This document shows positions 29,568 through 38,569 of a stretch of DNA of 41,936 nucleotides, piece by piece; the stretch's first letter is position 1; every line of letters begins with the position of its first letter. The notes beneath the pieces are model-generated. The model was not told the origin of the DNA. It was given only the letters and a program-made list of their open reading frames with translations, and did no database searches. The position numbers were made by a program, and so were the translations under genes. The stretch covers positions 1-41,936 of the forward strand of contig JBKHGE010000018.1 in assembly GCA_046539845.1 (NCBI GenBank), read 5' to 3'. Source of the stretch: Desulfonatronovibrionaceae bacterium. GTDB taxonomy: Bacteria > Desulfobacterota > Desulfovibrionia > Desulfovibrionales > Desulfonatronovibrionaceae.

Positions 29568-30425
29568 GTGCGAACACTCCAGCTCATAACTCAATACACC
29601 CCTCTTCTGCAGGCGATCCCTAAACCGGTCCCGAGCCCGCCTACCCCGGAAAAAGGCAAGCATTGCCGATCCGGAACCGCTCAGGATGCATGCAGAGGCA
29701 CCGTGCCGGAAGGCCGAACATTTAATACCGGCCAGCTCCGGATATTCTTGGAAAACAACCCCTTCAAAGCTGTTATAAAGAATCAAGTCACGGATGAAGA
29801 GCGATTTTTTATACACACGCTCAAGATTTGTCAAGGTCCGTGTCTGCGGGAGTCCGGCCTCGTCCCAGGCTTTGTACGCCCAGGCGGTGGAGATCCGGAT
29901 ATCGGGATAGATCAGCACCCCTAATGCCCTGGGATCCTGGACGTATACGGGCTGTATCCTCTCTCCCGCCCCGGAAACCCAGGCCGGAGTATTATCCAGG
30001 AAAAAAGGCACATCTGCCCCCAGGCGCATGGACATTTGTCTGAGTCTCTGCAGAGGCAGGGCCCTGTCCCCGGCCAGATCGTTCAAAAATCTGAGTACCG
30101 CTGCCGCATTGGAACTCCCGCCTCCCAGACCGGCCCCGTGGGGTATATTTTTTTCCAAATACACACTTACCCCGGGGCCAAAACCCGTACTCCCGGCAAA
30201 CAGCTCAAAGGCCTGAAGGACTATATTGTCTCGACTTAAATCCGGGACCGAGCACTTAAAATCAATGCCCAAGGTGGATTTAGGGATGATGAACAGGCGG
30301 TCAAAAGGGCGGTCCAGAGGCAAAAACAGGGAACGCAGGTCGTGAAGGCCATCTTTGCGTCGGCCGATAATACGCAGATAGATATTTGCCTTGCAACCAC
30401 AAACTATTTCCTGTTCTCTTGGCAC
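29547..30425 (-). CDS. ispE: 4-diphosphocytidyl-2-C-methyl-D-erythritol kinase
   Basis: KANIYL, HDLRSLF, KNIPHGAGLGGGSSNAA (GHMP), LGADVPFF, LSGSGSA. GTG 30425 behind AAGGA chosen as start. Confidence 0.93.
   Translation of the reverse strand: MPREQEIVCGCKANIYLRIIGRRKDGLHDLRSLFLPLDRPFDRLFIIPKSTLGIDFKCSVPDLSRDNIVLQAFELFAGSTGFGPGVSVYLEKNIPHGAGLGGGSSNAAAVLRFLNDLAGDRALPLQRLRQMSMRLGADVPFFLDNTPAWVSGAGERIQPVYVQDPRALGVLIYPDIRISTAWAYKAWDEAGLPQTRTLTNLERVYKKSLFIRDLILYNSFEGVVFQEYPELAGIKCSAFRHGASACILSGSGSAMLAFFRGRRARDRFRDRLQKRGVLSYELECSHWGVAKR
29806..29834 (-). promoter_or_regulatory. Candidate internal sigma70 promoter in ispE for tRNA-Gln-prs-rplY-pth
   Basis: Perfect TTGACA (29834-29829), with TAAAAA at 17-bp spacing (or TATAAA at 15 bp). 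Confidence 0.4.
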
Positions 30426-30481
30426 TAAAGATATCCTTAATTCAGGTGAGAGGCGGGTATCGCCGGGCGCACCAAAACAAG

Positions 30482-30505
30482 AGCCCCGGCCGGTCGGCCG
30501 GGGCT
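30482..30505 (-). terminator. GC-rich hairpin after the DegP/DegQ gene
   Basis: AGCCCCGGCC-N4-GGCCGGGGCT perfect 10-bp stem, followed on the minus strand by CTTGTTTT. Confidence 0.55.
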
Positions 30506-30527
30506 GAAACAAGACCCCTTTCCGGAT

Positions 30528-31961
30528 CTATTTCTCTTCCAGATCTATGGACAAAAACATGTTCTTCCCCTCGCGTTTGATAAGCAGGAGCAGGACTTCT
30601 TTCTTTTGGGCATCTTTTTCATAGATCTCTTCAAAGCCCTGGACATCCTGGACCATGCGGCCATTGGCCTGAAGGATAATATCTCCGGGCCGCACTCCGG
30701 CATCCGCAGCTTGGGACCCGGCCCGGACATCGGTTACCACTAGCCCGACATCAGAAGGTATGTCCATTGCCCTGGCTTCCTCAGGCTTCAACTGGCGCAG
30801 GACAAGTCCCAGGGAGCCTTTTTCTCCCTGCGGACCTTGGTCTTTTTCCGCCTTTTGAGCGATATCCCGCTCTCCCAGCTCCATATCTTTTTCCAAAATC
30901 TTGCCGTTGCGCCACAGGGTCAGATGTATTTCCTTTCCCGGAGTGAGCTGGCCGATCTGCCGGGTCAAATCAGAAGCGTCTTCCACCGGGTCCCCGTTTA
31001 CGGAAACAATTATGTCTCCTTCCTTGATCCCGGCCTTGTCCGCCGGATCTCCGGGCTGGACCGAGGCCACCAGGGCCCCTGTGGATTCGTCAAAGCCCAA
31101 GGCCCGGGCCGTGCTTTCGTCCACATCCTGTATGGACACCCCAAGCCAACCCCTTCTGACTTTTTTATGTTTTTCAAGCTGCTGGATCACATCTTCGGCA
31201 AGATTGCTGGGAATGGCAAAACCTATCCCTTGGCCAGAAGCAACTATAGCGGTGTTTATGCCTATGACCTCCCCGTCCATATTCAATAGGGGACCGCCGC
31301 TGTTGCCAGGATTAATGGAGGCGTCGGTCTGCAAAAAATTGTCATACGCTCCGGCCCCGATAACCCGCCCTTTGGCGCTAATAATTCCCGCGGTCACAGT
31401 GTGGTCCAGCCCAAAGGGATTTCCAATGGCTAACACCCACTGACCGACTTGCATGTCTTCGGAATCTCCGAATTCCAGAACCGGGAGTTCTATATCCGCA
31501 TTTATTTTTATCAAAGCCAGATCCGTTTCCGAATCCGTGCCGATTACCTCGGCCGGATAACTCTTCTCTCCCTCTTTTTCGGTCCGAAATTTGACATTAA
31601 TTTCATCTGCACCTTTGACCACGTGGTTATTGGTCACGATCAGCCCGTCATCGGAGATAATAAATCCGGACCCCAAAGACCTCTGCTCGCGGGGGCCGGA
31701 AAATCTGTCCCCAAAAAACTCCCGGAATTGATCAAAAAATTCCCCGAACGGGTGACCGCCTTTGGGCATACCCTGGAAAAAATCCTGCGCATCCGGCCCC
31801 TTGACCGTCTTTACCGTATAGATATTCACCACGGCGCTTCCGGCTTTGTCCGCGAGTTCGGTGAACTCCGGAAGCCCCTGCCTGGCGCATGCGCTGGAGC
31901 AGACAAAAAGCCCTATGAGCAGTATTGTAAGCAGAATAGTGGTGATCTTTTTATAAGCCAT
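30528..31961 (-). CDS. Periplasmic HtrA/DegP/DegQ serine protease with two PDZ domains
   Basis: Signal peptide, SLGSGFII, TNNHVV, TDLALIK, TDASINPGNSGGPL, two PDZ-like repeats; ATG 31961 behind AGGAGG. Confidence 0.96.
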   Translation of the reverse strand: MAYKKITTILLTILLIGLFVCSSACARQGLPEFTELADKAGSAVVNIYTVKTVKGPDAQDFFQGMPKGGHPFGEFFDQFREFFGDRFSGPREQRSLGSGFIISDDGLIVTNNHVVKGADEINVKFRTEKEGEKSYPAEVIGTDSETDLALIKINADIELPVLEFGDSEDMQVGQWVLAIGNPFGLDHTVTAGIISAKGRVIGAGAYDNFLQTDASINPGNSGGPLLNMDGEVIGINTAIVASGQGIGFAIPSNLAEDVIQQLEKHKKVRRGWLGVSIQDVDESTARALGFDESTGALVASVQPGDPADKAGIKEGDIIVSVNGDPVEDASDLTRQIGQLTPGKEIHLTLWRNGKILEKDMELGERDIAQKAEKDQGPQGEKGSLGLVLRQLKPEEARAMDIPSDVGLVVTDVRAGSQAADAGVRPGDIILQANGRMVQDVQGFEEIYEKDAQKKEVLLLLIKREGKNMFLSIDLEEK

Positions 31962-32342
31962 TGTCAAACCTCCTGATTCTAAATTTGCATTTTTATCACT
32001 TAAGCATTTTGTTTTATTACGCACGCAGATGTCAACTCCAGGCTGAGAACAAGAACAAGAACAAGGAAATAATAATTACGCAAACATGTTTGTAAAGAGA
32101 TCGCCCGGTTACTCCAAAAGACAAGCTCCCGGCCGGCGGCCTTGAAGCAGCAGCCGGATCAGACCAACCACCCGACTGAAAAGTTCTTAACCATAGCCCC
32201 AAGACCTGGTTTCAAAACCGAGGACCATACCTCAGTTTTTTAGCCACAAAGTACCCCTCCTTTGGAAGAGAAATTGCGTATTGATTTGCACTTTGATTTA
32301 CTTTACGGAAAGCCTGAACAACAGGAAGGGAGAGAAGCGCTG

Positions 32343-34046
32343 ATGAACAGTAATGAAGAGATAAACCGAGTCTGGCTAAAGAGCTACGACAAAGACGTAT
32401 CCTTCCAGCTCAACTATGAAAATATCCCGGTCTTCGAATACCTGGATCGGGCCGCGGAAAAATATCCTGACCACTGGGCGATAGTCTTCAACAATTGGAA
32501 GATTACCTACAGCGGACTGCGACAAACAACGGAAAGGATGGCCGCCAACCTCCGGTTCGCCGGACTCAACCCCGGAGACCGGGTGGCGATAATGCTCCCG
32601 AACACCCCGCAGGCAATCATGAGTTATTGGGCGGTGCTCAAGGCGGGGGGCACAGTGGTCATGACCAATCCGTTGTATATGGAAAAGGAGCTAGTCCACC
32701 ATTTCAATGATTCCAGAGCCAAATTTTTGATAACTTTAAACCTCTTGTGGCCCCGGATAGAGAGCCTCCTGGACCAGCTCCATCTGCAAAAGGTATTTGC
32801 CACTTCCATCTCCGACTGCCTGAGTTTCCCCTTGAATGTTCTTTACGACCTGAAGGCGAAAAAGAGCAAAGAGACCCCTACCCTCCCTTTTGACGAAAAG
32901 ACCCTTATCCCCTGGAAAAAGCTCCTTAAAAAAGGGGAGATATTTATAAAATACTCACCTAGCCCGCAGCAGGAATTAGCCGCTTTGCAGTATACCGGTG
33001 GCACCACAGGCGTATCCAAGGGGGTAATGCTCACCCATTACAACCTGGCTGCAAACGTACAGCAGTGCCTAGAGATACTGCATTCGGTCGGAGACGAGCG
33101 GGATACTGTTTTGGGCATTTTACCTTACTTCCATATCTATGGCTTGACCGTGTGCGTAAACTTCTCCACCGCCATAGGGGCTACACTGGCCCCATTCCCC
33201 AGATTCGTGCCCCACGACATCCTTAAGTCCATTCAAAAGCTCAAGCCGACCATTTTCCCTTCTGCGCCGGCCGTGTTTTCCGCGCTCCTGCAGCAAAAAG
33301 ACATCGAGCGTTTCGATATCTCGTCCATCAAGTACTGCATTTCCGGGTCCGCTCCCATACCGGTGGAAACCATAGAACGATTCAAAGAACTTACCGGGGC
33401 GGAGATTATCGAAGGCTACGGACTCACAGAGGCCTCACCCATCACCCACCTCAACCCCTTGAACGGGGAGCGAAAATACGGATCCATCGGACTGCCCTTT
33501 CCGGATACAGACGCCAGGATCGTGGATATGGAAGTGGGCACAGTCCCCCTCCCCCCGAGAAAAATCGGGGAGCTAACCCTCCGTGGCCCCCAGGTCATGA
33601 AGGGGTATTGGAACAGACCAGATGAGACAGCCACCGCCCTGCGCAACAATTGGCTGTATACGGGCGATATCGCCTATATGGACGAACAGGGGTATTTCTA
33701 CATCGTGGATCGGAAAAAAGACATGATAATCTCCGGAGGCTATAATATCTACCCCCGGGAGATAGACGAAGTCCTGCACGAGCACCCCAAGATCCGGGAG
33801 GCGGTCACTGTCGGCGTTCCGAACAAGACCCGCGGGGAGATAGTAAAGGCGTTCATCGTCCTGGAAGACGGGGCGGAGCTTGGCAAAAGCGAGATAATCT
33901 CCTTTTGCCGCCAGAAGATGGCCGCTTACAAGATCCCCAAAAAGATCGAATTCAGAGAGGAACTGCCCAAGACCATGGTGGGGAAGATACTGCGCCGCGC
34001 CTTACGGGAAGAGGAGATAAAAAATACCCGCTCCGCCTCTGAATAG
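32343..34046 (+). CDS. Long-chain-fatty-acid--CoA ligase (FadD-like)
   Basis: AMP-binding YTGGTTGVSKG, EGYGLTE, GPQVMKGYW, YTGD, DRKKDMII, PKTMVGK; ATG 32343. Confidence 0.93.
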   Translation: MNSNEEINRVWLKSYDKDVSFQLNYENIPVFEYLDRAAEKYPDHWAIVFNNWKITYSGLRQTTERMAANLRFAGLNPGDRVAIMLPNTPQAIMSYWAVLKAGGTVVMTNPLYMEKELVHHFNDSRAKFLITLNLLWPRIESLLDQLHLQKVFATSISDCLSFPLNVLYDLKAKKSKETPTLPFDEKTLIPWKKLLKKGEIFIKYSPSPQQELAALQYTGGTTGVSKGVMLTHYNLAANVQQCLEILHSVGDERDTVLGILPYFHIYGLTVCVNFSTAIGATLAPFPRFVPHDILKSIQKLKPTIFPSAPAVFSALLQQKDIERFDISSIKYCISGSAPIPVETIERFKELTGAEIIEGYGLTEASPITHLNPLNGERKYGSIGLPFPDTDARIVDMEVGTVPLPPRKIGELTLRGPQVMKGYWNRPDETATALRNNWLYTGDIAYMDEQGYFYIVDRKKDMIISGGYNIYPREIDEVLHEHPKIREAVTVGVPNKTRGEIVKAFIVLEDGAELGKSEIISFCRQKMAAYKIPKKIEFREELPKTMVGKILRRALREEEIKNTRSASE

Positions 34047-34226
34047 TGGATAAGACCCGCTCTTCGCCGCTCAGCTCTTTTCCATCGGTTGCACATTTGC
34101 TTTACGATCAGCGAAAGACCGGGAGACGCCCGTGTGCTGGCCGGACGATAAAACAGCAAACATTCCTTGCTTCTTTGCTCTTTCCGGGTTAAAGTGAAAT
34201 AAACATCTTTATGCCGGGGGAGGATC

Positions 34227-35051
34227 ATGTACTGTTTAAAATGCAAATACACATCTTTTGACAATCTGAACAAATGCCCCAAGTGCGGCCAAGACTGGAC
34301 CGCAACCAAAAAAAAGATCAATCTGGAGTGGATTGGCTACAGCGAGACCCCGTGGCTGGAGGTAAGCGAAGGTGATCTTGGATCCGGTTCGGCCAAAAAG
34401 AATTCCAATAACATCATCTCCGGATTCAATGTTGACGAGGATCTGGATTTTGAATTCGCAGATAGCGGCGCAGACGAGGACTTCGAGGAAATAGTCAATG
34501 ATCCCAGCCCGCCGACTGAAAACGCGGAAGAAGAAAACATTATCGACTACTTCGGTGAAGAGGGAAACGAGGCTGGCCCAACTCTGGATCTGGGTCTGGA
34601 CGAATTTGAAAATCAGTCCGAGCAGACTTTGGATGAAGACGGGGAAGAAATAGACATCTCCCAGCTGGAATGGGAAGAGGACGAGCTGGACCAGGGAACG
34701 GAGCAAGCGGCATCCGGGCCTTCAGGCGAAGAGGAGGCAGACATCGCCGATCTGCAGGATGTAGAGCTGGAAGGCATTGAAGTGCCGACAACAGAACAAC
34801 AAGGCACTCGGTCCGGCCAAAAACGGGAGGAAAGCCCCGAACAGGGAGTTGAGGAGGCCGCCGGAAGCGACGATTCCGGGGACAACGACCTGCTCGCGGA
34901 CCTCTCGATTGAAGACCTAGACGAGGAGATCTTGGAGCAGGCCTCGGCTGACTCCGGGCAGAGCGGGAAAGAGTCCGCCGGGGACAAAAAGCCCCCGGAA
35001 ATGGAAGGAGACATAGACTACCCGGAACTGGATCTCTCCGAGGACAAGTAG
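34227..35051 (+). CDS. Hypothetical protein: N-terminal zinc ribbon plus long, very acidic low-complexity region
   Basis: CLKC..CPKC at the N-terminus; remainder dominated by D/E; GGAGG SD before the ATG. Confidence 0.8.
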   Translation: MYCLKCKYTSFDNLNKCPKCGQDWTATKKKINLEWIGYSETPWLEVSEGDLGSGSAKKNSNNIISGFNVDEDLDFEFADSGADEDFEEIVNDPSPPTENAEEENIIDYFGEEGNEAGPTLDLGLDEFENQSEQTLDEDGEEIDISQLEWEEDELDQGTEQAASGPSGEEEADIADLQDVELEGIEVPTTEQQGTRSGQKREESPEQGVEEAAGSDDSGDNDLLADLSIEDLDEEILEQASADSGQSGKESAGDKKPPEMEGDIDYPELDLSEDK

Positions 35052-35167
35052 CCGCAAACTAATTTCGGCCTTTGACCGCCAGAACCCTGAAATATTTTTT
35101 TCAGGGACCGGAACGCTCAACGGATTCTGCCCTTTTCGGCTCAAAAGACAACAGTCAAAAGCTGATC

Positions 35168-36532
35168 TTAGTCACTAAGCGGTGGCTGAGCGCTTAGTTG
35201 CTCCGCCTCGCCGTGACTGTCACCAATGGGGATCCCGGGGATATAGTCCTCGATCATGTCCACCTTGGATTCCACAGAGACGAGCTTGTACCCGAGCATG
35301 TTCACCACTTCCTCATATTTGTGCATTACCTCCTCGTGACTGTCCCCGGGAATATCCAACACACAGTACCGGTAGCTGTCTGGATTATGCTTGAATTCGG
35401 ACAGATTGAATCCCTCGTGAACCAGATTGCGGACATGCACTTCCGGATATTTAAGATGCAGTTCTTCGTACGCACTCTGGGTCGGGGTCTGGACAATCCT
35501 GGCGTCCACAAAACTGTGGAGCTCAAAATTATAGCACAGATTAAAACACTTATCCCTTATCGGGTTCAGATCAGGCTTTTTACCCACGGCCACATCGCAC
35601 TGTAAATGCAGAGGATCAAACCCGCAGACCATCTCAATCGTCTTGGCGAACTGAAACGCAATCCGACTGTTGACCTCGACTATCTTAAAGGTCTCGTTTT
35701 CCTCGTCAACCCTTATCTCCACATTGAAAAAGCTGTTGGCCAGCCCTAGGGCCGGAATCAGTCGAGACAATTCTTCTTCTATTTTTTGGGTCAGCCCGGG
35801 AGTAAATGAATAAGGAAAGGAGTGATAAAAGAAGCTATTTGTATCCGAATGATAGTTGGCCTTGGTCACTCCAAAAAAGGTTATCTCCCCTTCAAAGACA
35901 TAGCCATCCAGTGTAACCTGCACGCCATCAATAAAATCCTCACACAAAAAACTGTTACATGTGGCTATATTCATTGCATTTCGGTATGAAGGCCGCCGGG
36001 AAAGGGCATCCAGGTAATACTGATTGAAGCGGGCGATATCTATGCTCTCCCGAGTTATATAGTCCTCCAGCTCTTTTTGCGATTCAACCCTGTGCGTCCC
36101 AAAAGAGATATTGGAGCGGACAGGTTTGATAAAAAAAGGCAACGACAGCCTGGACGGATCGCGCAAATAGTCCAGGGCAATAGCATAAGCCGGACAGGCC
36201 TCGGGCACTACCTGCTTCTGTATTCTCCGGCAGAGATACTTGTTCTGGCAATTGACTACGGCATCCACCGAGGCGAAGCGCTTTCCGGTTTCCTGGGCGA
36301 TTATAGCCGCAATAACCGCGGATGAGTCATGTGTGCCCACTATTCCGTCATACATCTCTGGGTTCTTGTTTATGCGCTCGATAGTCTCCTCTAAATAATC
36401 AAGAACACCGAAACGCAGAATCTTTTCAAACGATTCTATGGCTGTTTCATATTCAGGATGATCGGCAAAACTTTCAGTGACCACATCTATATCACTTGCA
36501 TCACAAAGATAGAGTATTTTTTTCTTGGACAT
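35168..36532 (-). CDS. ATP-grasp-domain ligase of unknown substrate
   Basis: NKYLCR, PFFIKP..SFG, CEDFIDG, FFNVE, VEVNSR (ExNxR); AAGGAAGGTG SD. Confidence 0.85.
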   Translation of the reverse strand: MSKKKILYLCDASDIDVVTESFADHPEYETAIESFEKILRFGVLDYLEETIERINKNPEMYDGIVGTHDSSAVIAAIIAQETGKRFASVDAVVNCQNKYLCRRIQKQVVPEACPAYAIALDYLRDPSRLSLPFFIKPVRSNISFGTHRVESQKELEDYITRESIDIARFNQYYLDALSRRPSYRNAMNIATCNSFLCEDFIDGVQVTLDGYVFEGEITFFGVTKANYHSDTNSFFYHSFPYSFTPGLTQKIEEELSRLIPALGLANSFFNVEIRVDEENETFKIVEVNSRIAFQFAKTIEMVCGFDPLHLQCDVAVGKKPDLNPIRDKCFNLCYNFELHSFVDARIVQTPTQSAYEELHLKYPEVHVRNLVHEGFNLSEFKHNPDSYRYCVLDIPGDSHEEVMHKYEEVVNMLGYKLVSVESKVDMIEDYIPGIPIGDSHGEAEQLSAQPPLSD

Positions 36533-36769
36533 AACTCACCTTCCTTTATGTGTATGAGAAAATTTTCAAAATTTGGGACCGGACCGCCAAATAATCGCGG
36601 CTCCTAAGAAAAAACTACTTTGAAAAAAACCGAAAACAGGCAAGCAGAGTGCGAATCGATCAAAGACCGCCGTTTACACACGGAATAAGAAGCAGGCAAC
36701 CTTTAAAACGGGTTTGAGGCCGAATCCAGTCCTCCCCCCCCAGCAGGGCGGAAAAACAGAGGTTCTTGA

Positions 36770-38020
36770 TCAGGCCGGTCCAAGGGGTGAAGCAGAAGAC
36801 CACTGCTCCACGTCCACCTCTCCCTTGACTGCCTCCCCGCCCTTAAAAACCAGAAGGATCTCGTCCAGAGAGGCCAAAACCTCAATATCCTGAAGCGGGT
36901 CCTTTCTGAGCACCAAGCAGTCGGCCAGCTTGCCCTTTTCCAGAGTGCCCACCCGTTTATGCAGACCTATGCCCTCGGCCGCGGTCCTAGTGGAGGCGAC
37001 AATAGCCGACATCTCATCCATTATCCCGGTCTTAACGAACTGGATCACTTCCATGGCATTTTTGCCATGAAAATTATATGGAGTGCCGGCATCTGTGCCC
37101 ATAATGATCTTTACTCCCATGGAGTGCGCCCGATGCAGGTTCTCCCGCCTGATTTTGGCCACCTCGTTGGCCTTATCAGCCATAAATTGGGGCAACTCAT
37201 TCCTGTTGTCCGTTTTCAGCATCCAGAAATTGGAACTCAGAGTCGAGGTCAGATAAACATTATTGTCCAGCATCATTTTTAGGGCCTGTTCATCGGCCAG
37301 GGTCCCGTGTTCCACGGTTCGCACCCCGGCCCGGACTGAATTCTTGATACCCTCGGCACCGTGGGCGTGGGCCGCGGTATGCTTGCCCACCTTTTTGCCC
37401 TCCTCAACCACGACCCGTATCTCATCCGTATCTAGCTGCGGGGCACCTGGCACTCCGCCGGGATTCATTATCGCCCCGGTGGCCATGACTTTTAAAAAGT
37501 CCGCCCCGTGCTTAAGCTGCTCCCGGGCCGCCCTGCGGTTCTCATCAATACCGCTGCCCTCCTGGTACAGGCCGTTGAAATATTCGTTCCCGGCCGCGTG
37601 CATACAGATTATTTTACCGCTGGCCAGAATTCTCGGCCCGACAATCAGCCCCTCCTCCACCGCCTTTTTGACCGCGATATCAATATAGTGCGCTGAGCCA
37701 GCGTTGCGCACCGTGGTTATTCCGGCCCTAATCGTATTTCCCATCTCCAGCCCGGAGCGGATAGAACGTAATTTGTCCTCCACCAGACTCTCATGATAGG
37801 TATCGGCCATACCGTGCATATCCAGATGGATATGCGCATCTATAATCCCTGGCATTACATATTTTCCCTGCAGGTCGTATTCCCTAGCCCCCTCCGGCAG
37901 ATTTATCTCTTGAGTCCTGCCCACATCACTGATGACCTCTCCGTCAAAGACCATGGCCGCATCCTGGAGGACCCGCCCCGTACCATCAATTAAGGTCATA
38001 TTCTTTAAAACCGTATGCAT
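36770..38020 (-). CDS. Amidohydrolase-superfamily metal-dependent hydrolase (dipeptidase/prolidase-like subgroup)
   Basis: PGIIDAHIH (HxH), FLKVMATG, AAHAHG, VEHG, GTDAG, GKLAD. Confidence 0.92.
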   Translation of the reverse strand: MHTVLKNMTLIDGTGRVLQDAAMVFDGEVISDVGRTQEINLPEGAREYDLQGKYVMPGIIDAHIHLDMHGMADTYHESLVEDKLRSIRSGLEMGNTIRAGITTVRNAGSAHYIDIAVKKAVEEGLIVGPRILASGKIICMHAAGNEYFNGLYQEGSGIDENRRAAREQLKHGADFLKVMATGAIMNPGGVPGAPQLDTDEIRVVVEEGKKVGKHTAAHAHGAEGIKNSVRAGVRTVEHGTLADEQALKMMLDNNVYLTSTLSSNFWMLKTDNRNELPQFMADKANEVAKIRRENLHRAHSMGVKIIMGTDAGTPYNFHGKNAMEVIQFVKTGIMDEMSAIVASTRTAAEGIGLHKRVGTLEKGKLADCLVLRKDPLQDIEVLASLDEILLVFKGGEAVKGEVDVEQWSSASPLGPA

Positions 38021-38406
38021 TTGATCCGCCTATATTTTCCAAACATATTGCAATATATGGTTATTCGTGGAAATGCCAATAGACACTTATTTAAGCAAAA
38101 ACCCGCATTAGTCAAGGGCAGGCCTTAATAACCGGACTGATGCTCAACAGCCCGTTCATTAAGACGGATTAAGGGCCTCTTTCAAGACGCTAGGCCCGGA
38201 TTTATGGAAACAAGATTTCTCCACGCGGCCGGTGGATCCCTGAGACTGCCGGTTTCTTGTACCTTTAATGCGAAAAGCCCCCGTCCGAGGCTGATAAACT
38301 CCCAAGTGCCGGAGCAGAGCGCTTGAGATCAACTTTCCTGCTCAGACAAAAATCAAAGGAAAACCCTTGACTAAACCCCAAGAAAAAAATAGTGGTCTCT
38401 GCTGTT

Positions 38407-38483
38407 GCGCCAGTAGCTCAGTTGGATAGAGCGCCGGACTACGAATCCGTAGGCCGGGGGTTCGAATCCTCCCTGGCGCACCA
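38407..38483 (+). tRNA. tRNA-Arg (anticodon ACG)
   Basis: GCGCCAG/CTGGCGC acceptor stem, AGCTCAGTTGGATAGAGC D-arm, CTACGAA loop, GGTTCGAATCC, 3' ACCA. Confidence 0.97.
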
Positions 38484-38493
38484 AAGAAGATTC

Positions 38494-38526
38494 GGGGCCT
38501 GAGGCAAATGCATCAGGCCCCTTTTT
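38494..38526 (+). terminator. Intrinsic terminator after tRNA-Arg
   Basis: GGGGCCTGA..TCAGGCCCC stem followed by TTTTT. Confidence 0.8.
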
Positions 38527-38569
38527 ATTAGGCCCGTTGACCAATATGTTTGAAGGACTTGAACTGATA

